This document shows, piece after piece, positions 1 to 9,592 of a stretch of 64,000 nt of DNA. Origin of the DNA: Acidimicrobiia bacterium (GTDB lineage Bacteria > Actinomycetota > Acidimicrobiia > Acidimicrobiales > JBBSGY01); assembly GCA_039812705.1 (NCBI GenBank), contig JBDIBA010000001.1, forward strand, positions 23,814 to 87,813. Direction: 5' to 3'. Within the stretch, counting starts at the first letter, position 1. Every line of letters begins with the position of its first letter. Both the position numbers and the translations under genes were made by a program. The notes below the pieces were generated by a model that saw only the letters and a list, made by a program, of their open reading frames with translations, was not told the origin of the DNA and did not search any database.

Positions 1-76
1 ACGGTTCGTCTGAAAATGACTGAACAACCTCGAGCGTTTCGCTGCATTTCTTGCACGCGTACTCGTAAGTCGGCAT
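1..76 (-). CDS. FmdB-family zinc-ribbon regulatory-type protein; only the N-terminal 25 codons are present, and the gene continues beyond the window start
   Basis: The reverse complement of 1-76 reads MPTYEYACKKCSETLEVVQSFSDEP, with ATG at 76-74 preceded by GGGAG. This matches the MPTYEYxCxxC...EVxQSxxD N-terminus typical of FmdB-type CxxC zinc-ribbon proteins. It is not in the ORF track because it is truncated by the window edge. Confidence 0.6.
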   Translation of the reverse strand, partial: MPTYEYACKKCSETLEVVQSFSDEP

Positions 77-252
77 CAAAGGGCTCCCTGGGTAATTGGC
101 TTGGTTTGGACAACCCGCAGGGTAGTGGGGTTCTCGAACAAAAAATCTCACTTGCCTCTGGTCAAAATCATCCGGGTAGGTATCATGATACGAGTGACGT
201 AAGCCCAGGCGGGCGGGTCACTTTTGGGGGATTTTGATGCTTAATTTCAAGC

Positions 253-1830
253 TTGTTTTGGGCTTGCCCGGTTTCGGGGCAAGCATTGGGAACGCGACTG
301 GTTCGGGGGCTGAACATGGCGCCGCTTGACCAGGTGGCGACGGATCGCTCCCGACGCACCACCGTCTCAACACCTCCACGAGGTGAGCCAAGGCACACAA
401 GCGACTATCTCAATCGGTTCCAACAAACGGGTCGGGGGGTCCGCCCACGGGAAGACCGCGGCCGCGTGTCAAAGACCAAGCCCCAGTTGCGCAGCGACCT
501 GGCTTCGCAAGACCGTCGTGGCGTAATCGCAACAAACCTGTTCTGGTTGAACCTCGGCACTGTCCTTGCGCTGTTCGTTTCTCAGGGCAGTCTGCAGACC
601 AACGGGTTTGGGCAGCTGTGGACCTCGGTTGGGCGAATCTCGGGCTTGATTGGTACCAACCTGATGTTGGTTCAGGTGATGCTGATCGCTCGCACGCCGT
701 TTATCGAGAAGGCTTTCGGTTTTGACCGAGTTGCAAAGTGGCACGGAACGCTTGGGCGCTTGTCCTTTTCGTTGATCGTTGCTCACTTTGCATTCATCGT
801 TGCGGGCAAATCTGCGTTGGCTGAAACGTCGTTGTTTACCCAAGCATGGACGTTGGCGCTGTCATCGCGTGACATGTTGATGGCTGCGGTTTCATTTGGC
901 TTGCTCCTGTTGATTGTTGGCACGTCGGTGAAGATTGCGCGCAGCAAGTTGCGTCGTGAAACGTGGATGTTCATCCACCTCTATTCCTACGCAGCCCTTG
1001 CGTTTGCGGTTCCGCACATGCTCACCAGCGGTGCAACTTTCGTGGGTAAGCCGATCACGCAGGTGTACTGGGCAATTCTTTACACGCTCGCGCTTTCGGC
1101 CGTCTTGTTCTTTCGCATTGGGCAACCTCTCTACACACATCTGTGTCACGGATTGCGCGTTGTTGAAGTGAGGCGCGAAGCAAGCGATGTCGTTTCAATC
1201 ACTGTTCAGGGCAAGCGATTGGAAGACCTCACGTACGAGTCCGGTCAGTTCTTCAACTGGCGTTTTCTTACTAAGCAGCAGTGGTTCCAGGCTCACCCTT
1301 ATTCGGTGTCGGCTGCACATGACGGCGAGTCTCTTCGTCTGACCGTCAAGGCGCTCGGTGATGGCAGTGCAGATGTTGCAGCCATCAAGCCTGGGACCAA
1401 GGTGTTGGTGGAAGGCCCGTTCGGTACGTTCACTGCCGATCGCAGAACCAAAAAGCGCGTGTTGATGATTGCCGGTGGCGTCGGAATTACTCCGCTGCGC
1501 GCGATGCTTGAGTCCATGCCTGCAGCACCTGGTGACATCACGTTCATCTACCGAGTTCGTGACTATCGAGACGCGGCGCTGCTTGACGAAGTGTTGGAAC
1601 TTTCCGAACGCAGGGGAGTTGAATTTAGTGTTCTGTCCGGCAGCTCGTCAGAGTTCAGCGCCGACTCTGCGCCGTTCGGTCCCGCACACCTAAGTCATGT
1701 AATGCCCGACATTGCCAATTCCGACGTCTTTGTTTGTGGTCCCAAGGGTCTCGTCAAGTCAGTGATCGAGTCATGTAAAGAGCTGGAAGTCCCTGCGTCG
1801 CAGGTGCATTACGAGCTATTCGAAATCTGA
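253..1830 (+). CDS. Ferric reductase-like transmembrane protein with a C-terminal FAD/NAD(P)-binding ferredoxin-reductase-type domain
   Basis: The N-terminal half has multiple TM helices, followed by HPYSVS (RxYS-type FAD motif), GGVGITP (NAD-binding GGxGxxP) and VFVCGP near the C-terminus. The start is uncertain: the first ~90 aa are Arg/Pro-rich, and alternatives are ATG 316 or GTG 466. Confidence 0.85.
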   Translation: MFWACPVSGQALGTRLVRGLNMAPLDQVATDRSRRTTVSTPPRGEPRHTSDYLNRFQQTGRGVRPREDRGRVSKTKPQLRSDLASQDRRGVIATNLFWLNLGTVLALFVSQGSLQTNGFGQLWTSVGRISGLIGTNLMLVQVMLIARTPFIEKAFGFDRVAKWHGTLGRLSFSLIVAHFAFIVAGKSALAETSLFTQAWTLALSSRDMLMAAVSFGLLLLIVGTSVKIARSKLRRETWMFIHLYSYAALAFAVPHMLTSGATFVGKPITQVYWAILYTLALSAVLFFRIGQPLYTHLCHGLRVVEVRREASDVVSITVQGKRLEDLTYESGQFFNWRFLTKQQWFQAHPYSVSAAHDGESLRLTVKALGDGSADVAAIKPGTKVLVEGPFGTFTADRRTKKRVLMIAGGVGITPLRAMLESMPAAPGDITFIYRVRDYRDAALLDEVLELSERRGVEFSVLSGSSSEFSADSAPFGPAHLSHVMPDIANSDVFVCGPKGLVKSVIESCKELEVPASQVHYELFEI

Positions 1831-1847
1831 GAAGCGGAAGAACTGTA

Positions 1848-2318
1848 ATGAAACGAGCACTTCTTGCCCTGGTCGCAACCGTTGCTGGCGTACTGGGCAT
1901 TTTCAACTACAACCCGAATGCAACAAGTGTTGAACTTGCAACGGCCGACGATGTCGACGGCTCGGTTGCGGTTACAGCGGTCGACAATGCAGCGGCGTCG
2001 TCCGTCCCTGCAAGACAGTCAGTAACGACAACAGCTCCTGGTCAAGGTGCAACACGCACGTTGAAAGGCGACGTAACGGACAACTCTTACGGTGATGTGC
2101 AGGTTGTAGTTGAGGTTTCGGGCAACAAGATCGTCAAGGTTGATGTGCCCAAGTACCCGACTGCCGGCAACAGCGGGACAATCAACTCGAAAGCCGTTCC
2201 AAAGCTGAAAGCCGCGGCATTGTCGGCGCAGTCAGCCGATGTCGCGAGCGTGTCTGGTGCCACCTACACAAGTGAGGCGTTCAAGAAGTCGTTGCAAACA
2301 GCACTCGCTCAGCTTTAG
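1848..2318 (+). CDS. FMN-binding domain protein (secreted or membrane-anchored)
   Basis: It has an N-terminal signal or anchor (MKRALLALVATVAGVLGIF). The C-terminal sequence GDVQVVVEVSGNKIVKVDV...SGATYTSEAFKKSLQTAL is typical of FMN_bind domains. It sits between a ferric reductase gene and ApbE. Confidence 0.8.
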   Translation: MKRALLALVATVAGVLGIFNYNPNATSVELATADDVDGSVAVTAVDNAAASSVPARQSVTTTAPGQGATRTLKGDVTDNSYGDVQVVVEVSGNKIVKVDVPKYPTAGNSGTINSKAVPKLKAAALSAQSADVASVSGATYTSEAFKKSLQTALAQL

Positions 2319-2333
2319 GGCCAAGATGTAGGC

Positions 2334-3200
2334 GTGCCTGCATACATGCGTGAACTGATGGGAACCGTTGCCATTCTTGATGTGCGAGACGAGTTGCCTA
2401 TCGAGGACATTGAAGCGGTCTGCAAGTCAACGCTCGATCACCTCGAAGAGATTGAGGCTGTTTTCAGCACGTATCGCCCCGACAGTGAGATCAATCGTTT
2501 GGGTCGTGGCGAGTTGTCGGAGCAAGACGCATCGCCGTGGGTGCACGAGGTGTTGGAATTGTGCGAAACCGTGCGCGCTGCCAGTGGTGGAGCGTTTGAC
2601 ATTCGTCGTGCCGCCGAAAACAGTCCAGCCGTGCAACATCAAGGGGGAGCGGGGGTTGTTCCGATCGAACCTTCTGGCATGGTTAAGGGTTGGGCGATTG
2701 ATCGCGCCGTTGACGTAATGCGTTCCGGGGGACTCGACAACTTCACCGTCAATGTTGGGGGAGACATATACGCGGCGGGTTATTGCGACGACGCGCCATG
2801 GCAAATTGGTTTGCAGCACCCGAGCGAATCGCAAATGATCATGGCCGTCGTGAAGGGCAGCGAGTTTGCCGTTGCAACGTCCGGCGCTTATGAGCGCGGC
2901 GCGCACATAGAAATGCTGCCCGAGGTTGTTGCGTTGCAGTCGATCACTGTTGTTGGTCCAGACGTGGTTCTTGCAGATGCTTACGCGACGGCTGCGTTTG
3001 CGATGGGCACCGCTGGAATTGAGTGGGTTGCCGGTCAGTCAGAGTTCGAGGTGTTTGCCGTGACAGGTGAGGGCGAAGCGTTGATGAGCGCGGGGATGGA
3101 GCACTATTTGGTCCTTCCGCCTGAGCTCTCGGAGGGCGCCGAGGACGACAATCGTGGTGTTCTTGGGTCTCAAGAGGCGCTCAGCGCCCACCGTGAATAG
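2334..3200 (+). CDS. apbE: ApbE-family FAD:protein FMN transferase
   Basis: It contains the motifs MGTVAILDV, IEPSGMVKGWAIDRA and AVATSGAYERG, which are characteristic of ApbE. The operon context with an FMN-binding target protein supports the call. Confidence 0.85.
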   Translation: MPAYMRELMGTVAILDVRDELPIEDIEAVCKSTLDHLEEIEAVFSTYRPDSEINRLGRGELSEQDASPWVHEVLELCETVRAASGGAFDIRRAAENSPAVQHQGGAGVVPIEPSGMVKGWAIDRAVDVMRSGGLDNFTVNVGGDIYAAGYCDDAPWQIGLQHPSESQMIMAVVKGSEFAVATSGAYERGAHIEMLPEVVALQSITVVGPDVVLADAYATAAFAMGTAGIEWVAGQSEFEVFAVTGEGEALMSAGMEHYLVLPPELSEGAEDDNRGVLGSQEALSAHRE

Positions 3201-3288
3201 CGATCAATGACCCAGTTTGACGTCAAAAGTGACTAAAAGTGGTCAAAAAGTGACACTAATCGGGCGTTCCGTTGGCGCACGACCCGAA

Positions 3289-4197
3289 ATGTTCGATACA
3301 ACTGGTGCCGTGACTTCCCGAATTACAAAAGCCGTTATCCCTGCGGCGGGCTTCGGTACCCGCTTTCTTCCAGCCACAAAGGCAACGCCAAAGGAAATGC
3401 TTCCTTTGATCGACAAGCCAACCATTCAGTACGTGGTCGAAGAGGCCGTGGCTGCCGGCATCGAAGACATCTTGATCATCACGGGTCGATCCAAGCGTTC
3501 GATCGAGGATCACTTTGACCGCGCTCCTGAACTTGAGGCCGCGCTTGCAGAAGGTGGCAAGCAGGAACAGTTAGACGAAGTTGTTGCGATTTCCGAACTG
3601 GCCAACATTCACTTCATTCGTCAAGGTGAGATGCGTGGTCTTGGTCACGCAGTCGGAATGGCTCGCCACCACATTGGCAATGAGTCCTTTGCCGTGTTGC
3701 TGGGCGACGACGTCATGCACCACTCGTCGACGGTGTTGAAGGACATGATTTCTGCGTCCGAGCGCCTCAACAAGTCCGTTGTTGCGTTGAAGGATGTTCC
3801 GCGCGAGGACATCAAGTCCTACGGTTGTGCGGCAGGTGAAGACGAGGGCGACGGTCTGGTCAAAATCACGGGCATTGTTGAAAAGCCCGAGCCCGCCGAG
3901 GCGCCATCAACCCTCGCGGTTATGGGTCGTTACGTGTTGACGCCTGACATCTTCGACATCCTCGAAAAGACCGAGCCGGGCAAGGGTGGCGAGATTCAGC
4001 TCACCGACGCGCTTGCGCAGCAGATGGCCGGCGGAAACCTCTACGGGAATGTCTTCACCAAGGGTCGTTTCGACATTGGTAAGAAGTTGGACTTCCTTCG
4101 CGCGACCGTTGAGTTGGCGCTCGATCGCGAGGACATTGCCGACGAGTTCCGTGCCTTCTTGCACGACGTTCTTGCTGGTAAGAGCGAGATCCGCTAA
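3289..4197 (+). CDS. galU: UTP--glucose-1-phosphate uridylyltransferase
   Basis: KAVIPAAGFGTRFLPATKATPKEMLPLIDKPTIQYVVEEA is the GalU signature, and the product is ~302 aa from ATG 3289. The track ORF begins at 3217, so the start is uncertain. Confidence 0.9.
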   Translation: MFDTTGAVTSRITKAVIPAAGFGTRFLPATKATPKEMLPLIDKPTIQYVVEEAVAAGIEDILIITGRSKRSIEDHFDRAPELEAALAEGGKQEQLDEVVAISELANIHFIRQGEMRGLGHAVGMARHHIGNESFAVLLGDDVMHHSSTVLKDMISASERLNKSVVALKDVPREDIKSYGCAAGEDEGDGLVKITGIVEKPEPAEAPSTLAVMGRYVLTPDIFDILEKTEPGKGGEIQLTDALAQQMAGGNLYGNVFTKGRFDIGKKLDFLRATVELALDREDIADEFRAFLHDVLAGKSEIR

Positions 4198-4308
4198 CCA
4201 ATATTTCGCCGATTGCCCGACGTCTGAGCGGGTGTAAATGCTTGTCAGAGGGCCGTCAGGTTGGTTGAACCAGCGCGACGGCCTTCTCTTTTCGTAGAAT
4301 TGAGTCCC

Positions 4309-4821
4309 ATGAGTCTTGATCGCACGCAGCTGGACCCCTTGGGTCGAGCCCGAATGGTTGATAGCGCCCCTAAAGAAGCCATTCACAGGCGGGCGGTGGC
4401 GCGCTGTCGTGTGTACATGGCCAACGAAACGACGAACGCGATCGCGTCCAATGCCACCAGCAAGGGCGACGTGTTGGGCGCGGCGCGCATCGCGGGTATT
4501 CAAGCGGCCAAGCAGACTGCTTCGCTCATCCCGCTTTGTCATCCTCTGTTGGTCGGCTCTGTCTCGGTCAACTTCACCATTGGCGATGACCATGTCGAGG
4601 TCGAGGCACACGTCGAGACCATCGACCGCACTGGTGTCGAGATGGAAGCAATGACCGCCGCCTCGATTGCTGCGCTGACCATTTACGACATGAGCAAGTC
4701 AACCGATCGTGACATGAAGATTTCTGACCTGCAGCTGTGGGAAAAGACCGGTGGGCGCTTAGGTGTTTGGAAGCGTCAATCCGATGAAGAAGATGACCCG
4801 ATTGGTGGTCTCGGGTTCTAA
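4309..4821 (+). CDS. moaC: Cyclic pyranopterin monophosphate synthase MoaC
   Basis: It contains KGDVLGAARIAGIQAAKQTASLIPLCHPL and EMEAMTAASIAALTIYDM, both MoaC motifs. The product is 170 aa from ATG 4309; the track ORF starts at TTG 4261. Confidence 0.9.
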   Translation: MSLDRTQLDPLGRARMVDSAPKEAIHRRAVARCRVYMANETTNAIASNATSKGDVLGAARIAGIQAAKQTASLIPLCHPLLVGSVSVNFTIGDDHVEVEAHVETIDRTGVEMEAMTAASIAALTIYDMSKSTDRDMKISDLQLWEKTGGRLGVWKRQSDEEDDPIGGLGF

Positions 4822-4846
4822 CTTCCCGTTGCTGTTGTTGGTTCGA

Positions 4847-4875
4847 AACGCGCTCCATATTGGGGCGCGTTTTTT
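4847..4875 (+). terminator. Rho-independent terminator after moaC
   Basis: The stem AACGCGC (4847-4853) pairs with GCGCGTT (4865-4871) and is followed by a T-run to 4875. Confidence 0.6.
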
Positions 4876-5021
4876 GTTGCTGGGTTTCGGTTGAGGTTCA
4901 TTGAGCTAGGTCGCTTTAGGTGTCATGACGTGAAAGTTCACTGCAAACCATCCACCCATCGAGCCTGTTGTTTCAGTAGTTTCTTGACGTCTTAACCCAG
5001 GGTTTTATTGGGAGGTTCTGG

Positions 5022-5465
5022 GTGATTTTCTTTGTTCTTGCGCTTATCTGGGCTGCTGCGCTTTTGCCGTCAATTCTGCGTGCGCGTGCCAACCGGAATC
5101 CGATCCACACGGTCGGTAAGTTTCGCAATCACCTACGAGTTCTTGAAAGCACGACGCCGAACATGCCTCGCGCGTGGGCACAAGAGGCGCTTCGCATGCG
5201 CCGTCGTCGCCGACAAGAACAAGTGCTTCGCACGCTTCTGGCGCTGTGTGCAACCACACTTGTTGCGGGACTGATTCTGGACTTCAGGTCGGTGTTGGTC
5301 TTGCATGTTGTGTGCGATGTTGCATTGGTTTGGTACGGCTACTCGCTGTTTGCCGCGCGTCGCCGTCGGCGTGTGCAGCGCCGTGTGCTTGAGCAGCACC
5401 ACACCTATGCCGAGGCCGCACAGTTCGAGCCCGAGGCAACGGTCGCATCCCAGTCGGGGATGTAG
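5022..5465 (+). CDS. Hypothetical membrane protein
   Basis: It has two or three hydrophobic helices (IFFVLALIWAAALLPSIL; LLALCATTLVAGLIL; VLVLHVVCDVALVWYGYSLF) separated by Arg-rich loops. I recognise no family. Confidence 0.5.
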   Translation: MIFFVLALIWAAALLPSILRARANRNPIHTVGKFRNHLRVLESTTPNMPRAWAQEALRMRRRRRQEQVLRTLLALCATTLVAGLILDFRSVLVLHVVCDVALVWYGYSLFAARRRRRVQRRVLEQHHTYAEAAQFEPEATVASQSGM

Positions 5466-5497
5466 CCCAGCCACCCAGCCACCCAGCCACCCAGCCA
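5466..5497. repeat. Perfect tandem octamer (CCCAGCCA) x4 immediately after the stop codon of the 5022-5465 ORF
   Basis: Read directly from the sequence: cccagcca repeated four times at 5466-5497. Confidence 0.9.
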
Positions 5498-5909
5498 CGC
5501 GTCCGCGTTTTGCGCGCCGTGCTCCGGACGCGCGCCCACGCCCGCTTTTTGCAAGAAAATCGCAGTCAGTTCACGGCCTTCCGACAACACGTCGACTTTC
5601 TTTCGCGAAATCGCCCAAACGGCCGGTTCTGCGCAAGAAAATCGCCGCGATTCCCGCCGCCCTTAATCTCGCCGCGACTTTCTTCCATGAAGCCCTTTTG
5701 CCAGGTTTCCGGCCCACAACTGTCACTCACGCCGAAAAACTTGCGCGCCTGTTCATCTCGCGGCGAGAAACTTTCAAAATCGGACCGAAACAGCCCCAAA
5801 ACTGAAAGAAAAACCGATACCGAAGCCAACGCGCGCGCCGCTTAGGCACGCGCGTGGTACGTGAGGTTGCGCGGCGGCGGCGTGCGGCGGCGCGCTACAG
5901 CGCGGCGGG

Positions 5910-8471
5910 TTACTCAGGAATGGTGAAGGCGCCCTTGAGGTTGTCGTGCCAACGCTCGTAGAACGACGCGTTGACCCTCAATCGCTCGCAAGTTTGGTCA
6001 ACAAGCTTCTGAGCCTGCGGCACCGGATGAGACTGTATAAACGCCTCGACTCGCTGTGCAAGTTCGGGATTGGCCTGAGCCGTTACCCCATCAAGCATGC
6101 GCGCAATCGAGTTGTCAGGGAATCGCTTGGCAAGCTCGCCCCAATGTTCCTCGCACCACTCCCACACGCGCGGGCCGCTTTCGCGACTACCGAGCATCGC
6201 GCGCAGCGTGTACGGGGCGTCTTGAGTGCGAACCGTCCCGTCAAGAATCATCTCAAGCGTGCGGTCGACCAGTCCGGGGGTGTCGAAGCTTGCGAACGCG
6301 CCCAACGCGTTGATGCGCGCCTGAGGCGTTTCGGACTCGTTCTGGAACGTGGTCACGAAGGTGGAGTAGTCGTCGTGGTTTCCAGTGGCAGCAATGGTTG
6401 CCTGCACCGCGTCGACCAGGTTGGTGTTCAGTGAACCGGGAACCTGTCGAAACGCCGCAAAACGGTGACGGGCTTCGGTGCGCACGTCTTCGTCTTCACC
6501 AAGGGTTCCCAAAGTACGAATCAACACGCCGCGAAGAGTCGCAAGTCTCTCGGACTCGCCGTTGTGCGGCTCCCAGCCAAGCCAGTCGTGCTGAGGGTTC
6601 GCCAGCGCGCGGACGAACGCTTTCAGCTCGGGTCGCTCGGAATCTGGAACGACCTTGTCGAGCATGCGCAACGGGCTGACCATTGCAGTCCAAACGCTGG
6701 GATCGTCATCGCCGCGATTGATCCAGAGCATTTGCAGCAGTTGTGGAACTTCACACTCGCCCGCAAGAGTTGCAGCCCAGGTGTCGTTGACGAGTGCAAA
6801 GCGCTCGAGCGAGTCAAGCGCATGCAGATTCGGAATCAACATGTCGAGCAGCTTGGGCTCATACGCCGCGCGGAAAAAGCCGTTACCGTGCTCGTTGAGC
6901 AGAACAAACTTTGGCTCGCCCGGAAGCTCGACAACGGTCTCGCGCTCCGTGAGGACGAGCTTCTCTTGATGCAGGTTGTCGCCGATCATTGTGCGAATGC
7001 CGATTGGAATGTGCCAAACGGCATCGTCATTGGTTGACAGATAGTTGAACCGCTTTTGAGTCAGTTTCAACGAGGTTCCGTTGTCGCCAAGTTCGGCGCG
7101 CACAATTGGGTGGCCGCCTTGGAAGATCCAGGTGTCCATCATTGCGCGGACAGGCTGTGCGCTTGATTCTTCAAGCGCATCCCACAAGTCAGTGGTTTCG
7201 GCGTTGTCGTAAGCGTGTTTGTGTAGATACGCGCTGATGCCAACGCTGAATTCATGCGCGCCGATGTGCTGTTCGAGCATGCGCAAAACCGCGCCACCCT
7301 TTTCGTACGTCAACAGGTCGAACATTCCTTGGGCTTCTTCCGGACGCACGACTTCGAACTCAATTGGTCGTGTGCTCGAAAGCGAGTCGACGCCTTGTGC
7401 GGCTGAACGACTGAGGCAGAACTCTGCCCAGCGGTCCCACTCGGGGCGGAAGTGGTCGACAAAAAGCAGTTCCATGAACGTCGCAAACGCTTCGTTTAGC
7501 CAAATGCCGTTCCACCACTTCATGGTGACCAGGTCGCCAAACCACATGTGCGCAATCTCGTGTGCAACAACGTCGGCAACACGCTCGACTTCAAGACGGC
7601 TTGCCTTTTCCGGGTCGACCAGAAGTGCGGTTTCGCGGAATGTCACACAACCAAGGTTCTCCATTGCGCCGAACGCAAAGTCGGGAATGGAGATGAGGTC
7701 GAGCTTGTCTCCTGGATACGGAATCTTGAAGTACTCGGCAAAGTAACGAAGCGCGGCAGTGCCCGTTTCGAGCGCGAAAGAAGTGAGGTTTTCCTTGCCG
7801 GGTGCACACGCAACGCGCAGCGGCACGCCGTCAACGTCAACGGGATCAGTGACAACGAATGGACCAACGATGAACGCAACCAAGTAGGTCGACATCTTCA
7901 TCGTGTCTTCAAACATCACCTGGCGCTTGCCGTTGCCAAGGTCAATGGCCGAACGCTCCGATGCATTGGAAAATGCCGCAAGGTTGTTGTCAACGATGAG
8001 CGTTACGCCATAGACGGCCTTGAAATCGGGCTCGTCCCAACATGGAAACGCACGTCGCGCGTCCGTCGCCTCGAATTGCGTCGTGGCGATGACGTGTTCG
8101 GTTCCTTGCTCGTCCTTAAAAGTGCTGCGATAAAAGCCGCGCAGCTTGTCGTTGAGGATGCCGGAGAAAGTAAGCGCAAGCGTGTAGTCGCCAACCTCAA
8201 GCGATTCTTCGAGAGCGATGGTTGCCGTTTCGGCTTCCTCGTCAATGCTCACCTGGCCGTCAAAGGCGTGGCCGCTGGCCGAGCGCACCTGTGCAGATTG
8301 AATGTCTAGCTCGGCCGCGTTGAGAACGATCGTGCGCGTGGATTCCTTGACTTCAATCTCGGTTCGCGACTCGCCTGTGAAGGTCGCGCTTGCGAGATCT
8401 GGGACCAGCGTTAGTTCGTAACGCTTGGGCAGGACTGCGCGAGGCAGGCGGAACGGATTGTGGTCAGCCAA
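5910..8471 (-). CDS. pepN: Aminopeptidase N (M1 family metallopeptidase)
   Basis: It has the GAMENLG exopeptidase motif and the HEIAHMWFGDLVTMKWWNGIWLNEAF zinc site (HExxH-x18-E). The 853 aa length is typical of actinobacterial PepN. Confidence 0.95.
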   Translation of the reverse strand: MADHNPFRLPRAVLPKRYELTLVPDLASATFTGESRTEIEVKESTRTIVLNAAELDIQSAQVRSASGHAFDGQVSIDEEAETATIALEESLEVGDYTLALTFSGILNDKLRGFYRSTFKDEQGTEHVIATTQFEATDARRAFPCWDEPDFKAVYGVTLIVDNNLAAFSNASERSAIDLGNGKRQVMFEDTMKMSTYLVAFIVGPFVVTDPVDVDGVPLRVACAPGKENLTSFALETGTAALRYFAEYFKIPYPGDKLDLISIPDFAFGAMENLGCVTFRETALLVDPEKASRLEVERVADVVAHEIAHMWFGDLVTMKWWNGIWLNEAFATFMELLFVDHFRPEWDRWAEFCLSRSAAQGVDSLSSTRPIEFEVVRPEEAQGMFDLLTYEKGGAVLRMLEQHIGAHEFSVGISAYLHKHAYDNAETTDLWDALEESSAQPVRAMMDTWIFQGGHPIVRAELGDNGTSLKLTQKRFNYLSTNDDAVWHIPIGIRTMIGDNLHQEKLVLTERETVVELPGEPKFVLLNEHGNGFFRAAYEPKLLDMLIPNLHALDSLERFALVNDTWAATLAGECEVPQLLQMLWINRGDDDPSVWTAMVSPLRMLDKVVPDSERPELKAFVRALANPQHDWLGWEPHNGESERLATLRGVLIRTLGTLGEDEDVRTEARHRFAAFRQVPGSLNTNLVDAVQATIAATGNHDDYSTFVTTFQNESETPQARINALGAFASFDTPGLVDRTLEMILDGTVRTQDAPYTLRAMLGSRESGPRVWEWCEEHWGELAKRFPDNSIARMLDGVTAQANPELAQRVEAFIQSHPVPQAQKLVDQTCERLRVNASFYERWHDNLKGAFTIPE

Positions 8472-8536
8472 TTGTGAGCTCCAGTGTGTGGGTAATCCCT
8501 GTCAAATTGCGGGCTGTTCCCCAGACAGTACCCGCG

Positions 8537-9580
8537 ATGAGCCCCCGACGGCCGACTGTGGTTAAGAATGTGCAGGTGACAAAGCATTACGACGTAGTTG
8601 GAATTGGCCATGCCTTGGTTGACGTATTGGCGCCCGTCGACGAGCAGTTCCTGGTGGACCAGGGCCTTGTGCGCGGCACAATGCACCTAATCGACGAGGC
8701 CAGGGCAGATTCGCTCTACGAGGCAATGGGCGCCAGCAGGGAGGTCTCCGGTGGCTGTGCGGCAAGCACGGTCGTCGGCGCAATCGCTTGTGGTGGCACG
8801 GGCGCGTTCATGGGGACCATTGCCGATGATCGCCTGGGTGAGAGTTTCACGGCTGACCTCATGAAAGCAGGGGTGGAGGCCAGAACGCAGATTCGCGACG
8901 AGGTCGGCACCGGACGCAGCCTGATTCTCATTTCGAGTGATGGCGAACGCACCATGAACACGTTTTTGGGTGCAGCGGCATCTGTGGGTCCCGCTGTTGA
9001 AGATGACGATCTGTTGCGCGAGGCCAAGATCGTCTTCATCGAGGCTTATGTGCTGGATTCTCTGTACACGGCCGAGTCCTTAATTGCACTTGGTGAGCGC
9101 GTTCGCAGTTTCGGCGCGAAGTTGGCCATTTCGCTGTCCGATCCATTCTGCGTGGAGCGTCACCGCGATGCCTTGCTTGAGTTCTTGGAGAAGGGCGCGG
9201 ACATTTGCATTGGCAACGAACAAGAGATTCGCGCACTGTTCAACACTCACGATGTTGACGACGGTCTTGCGGCTGCCATTGCAATGTGTGATGTCGTCAG
9301 CGTGACTTGTGGATCTCGCGGGTCAATCGTTGCAAGTGAAAATGAGAGGCATCACGTTGATGCGGTCACCGTTGACGTGGTCGACACCACGGGCGCGGGC
9401 GATGTTTACGCATCTGGATTTCTCTATGGCCTTAGCCAGGGTTGGGACTTGCAGCGCGCCGGACGGATGGGGTCCGCGGCTGCCGCGGCTGTGATCACGC
9501 GCGTTGGTGCACGGGTCGAGTCGCCAATTACTGAACCGTCACTTGCTGAACCGTCACTCGCTGAACCGCACTCCAACTAG
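8537..9580 (+). CDS. PfkB-family carbohydrate/nucleoside kinase (adenosine-kinase-like)
   Basis: It has an N-terminal VVGIGHALVDV motif and the C-terminal DTTGAGDVYASGFLYG PfkB signature. ATG 8537 was chosen because the track ORF start at 8390 would overlap the divergent pepN start. The C-terminus carries the short peptide repeat EPSLAEPSLAEP. Confidence 0.85.
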   Translation: MSPRRPTVVKNVQVTKHYDVVGIGHALVDVLAPVDEQFLVDQGLVRGTMHLIDEARADSLYEAMGASREVSGGCAASTVVGAIACGGTGAFMGTIADDRLGESFTADLMKAGVEARTQIRDEVGTGRSLILISSDGERTMNTFLGAAASVGPAVEDDDLLREAKIVFIEAYVLDSLYTAESLIALGERVRSFGAKLAISLSDPFCVERHRDALLEFLEKGADICIGNEQEIRALFNTHDVDDGLAAAIAMCDVVSVTCGSRGSIVASENERHHVDAVTVDVVDTTGAGDVYASGFLYGLSQGWDLQRAGRMGSAAAAAVITRVGARVESPITEPSLAEPSLAEPHSN

Positions 9581-9592
9581 GTTTAGGGCCTC

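Noticed and set aside
5466-5497. CRISPR array or other spaced-repeat system
   Set aside because: This is a contiguous octamer microsatellite of four units with no spacers. I saw no repeat-spacer architecture anywhere else in the window, and no cas genes.
5305-5845. 166-aa and 111-aa plus-strand ORFs in the pepN-distal spacer
   Set aside because: They are mutually overlapping and Arg/Pro/Ser-rich, and one overlaps the 5022-5465 gene out of frame. I found no start-codon or RBS support. The region is reported as a non-coding spacer finding instead.
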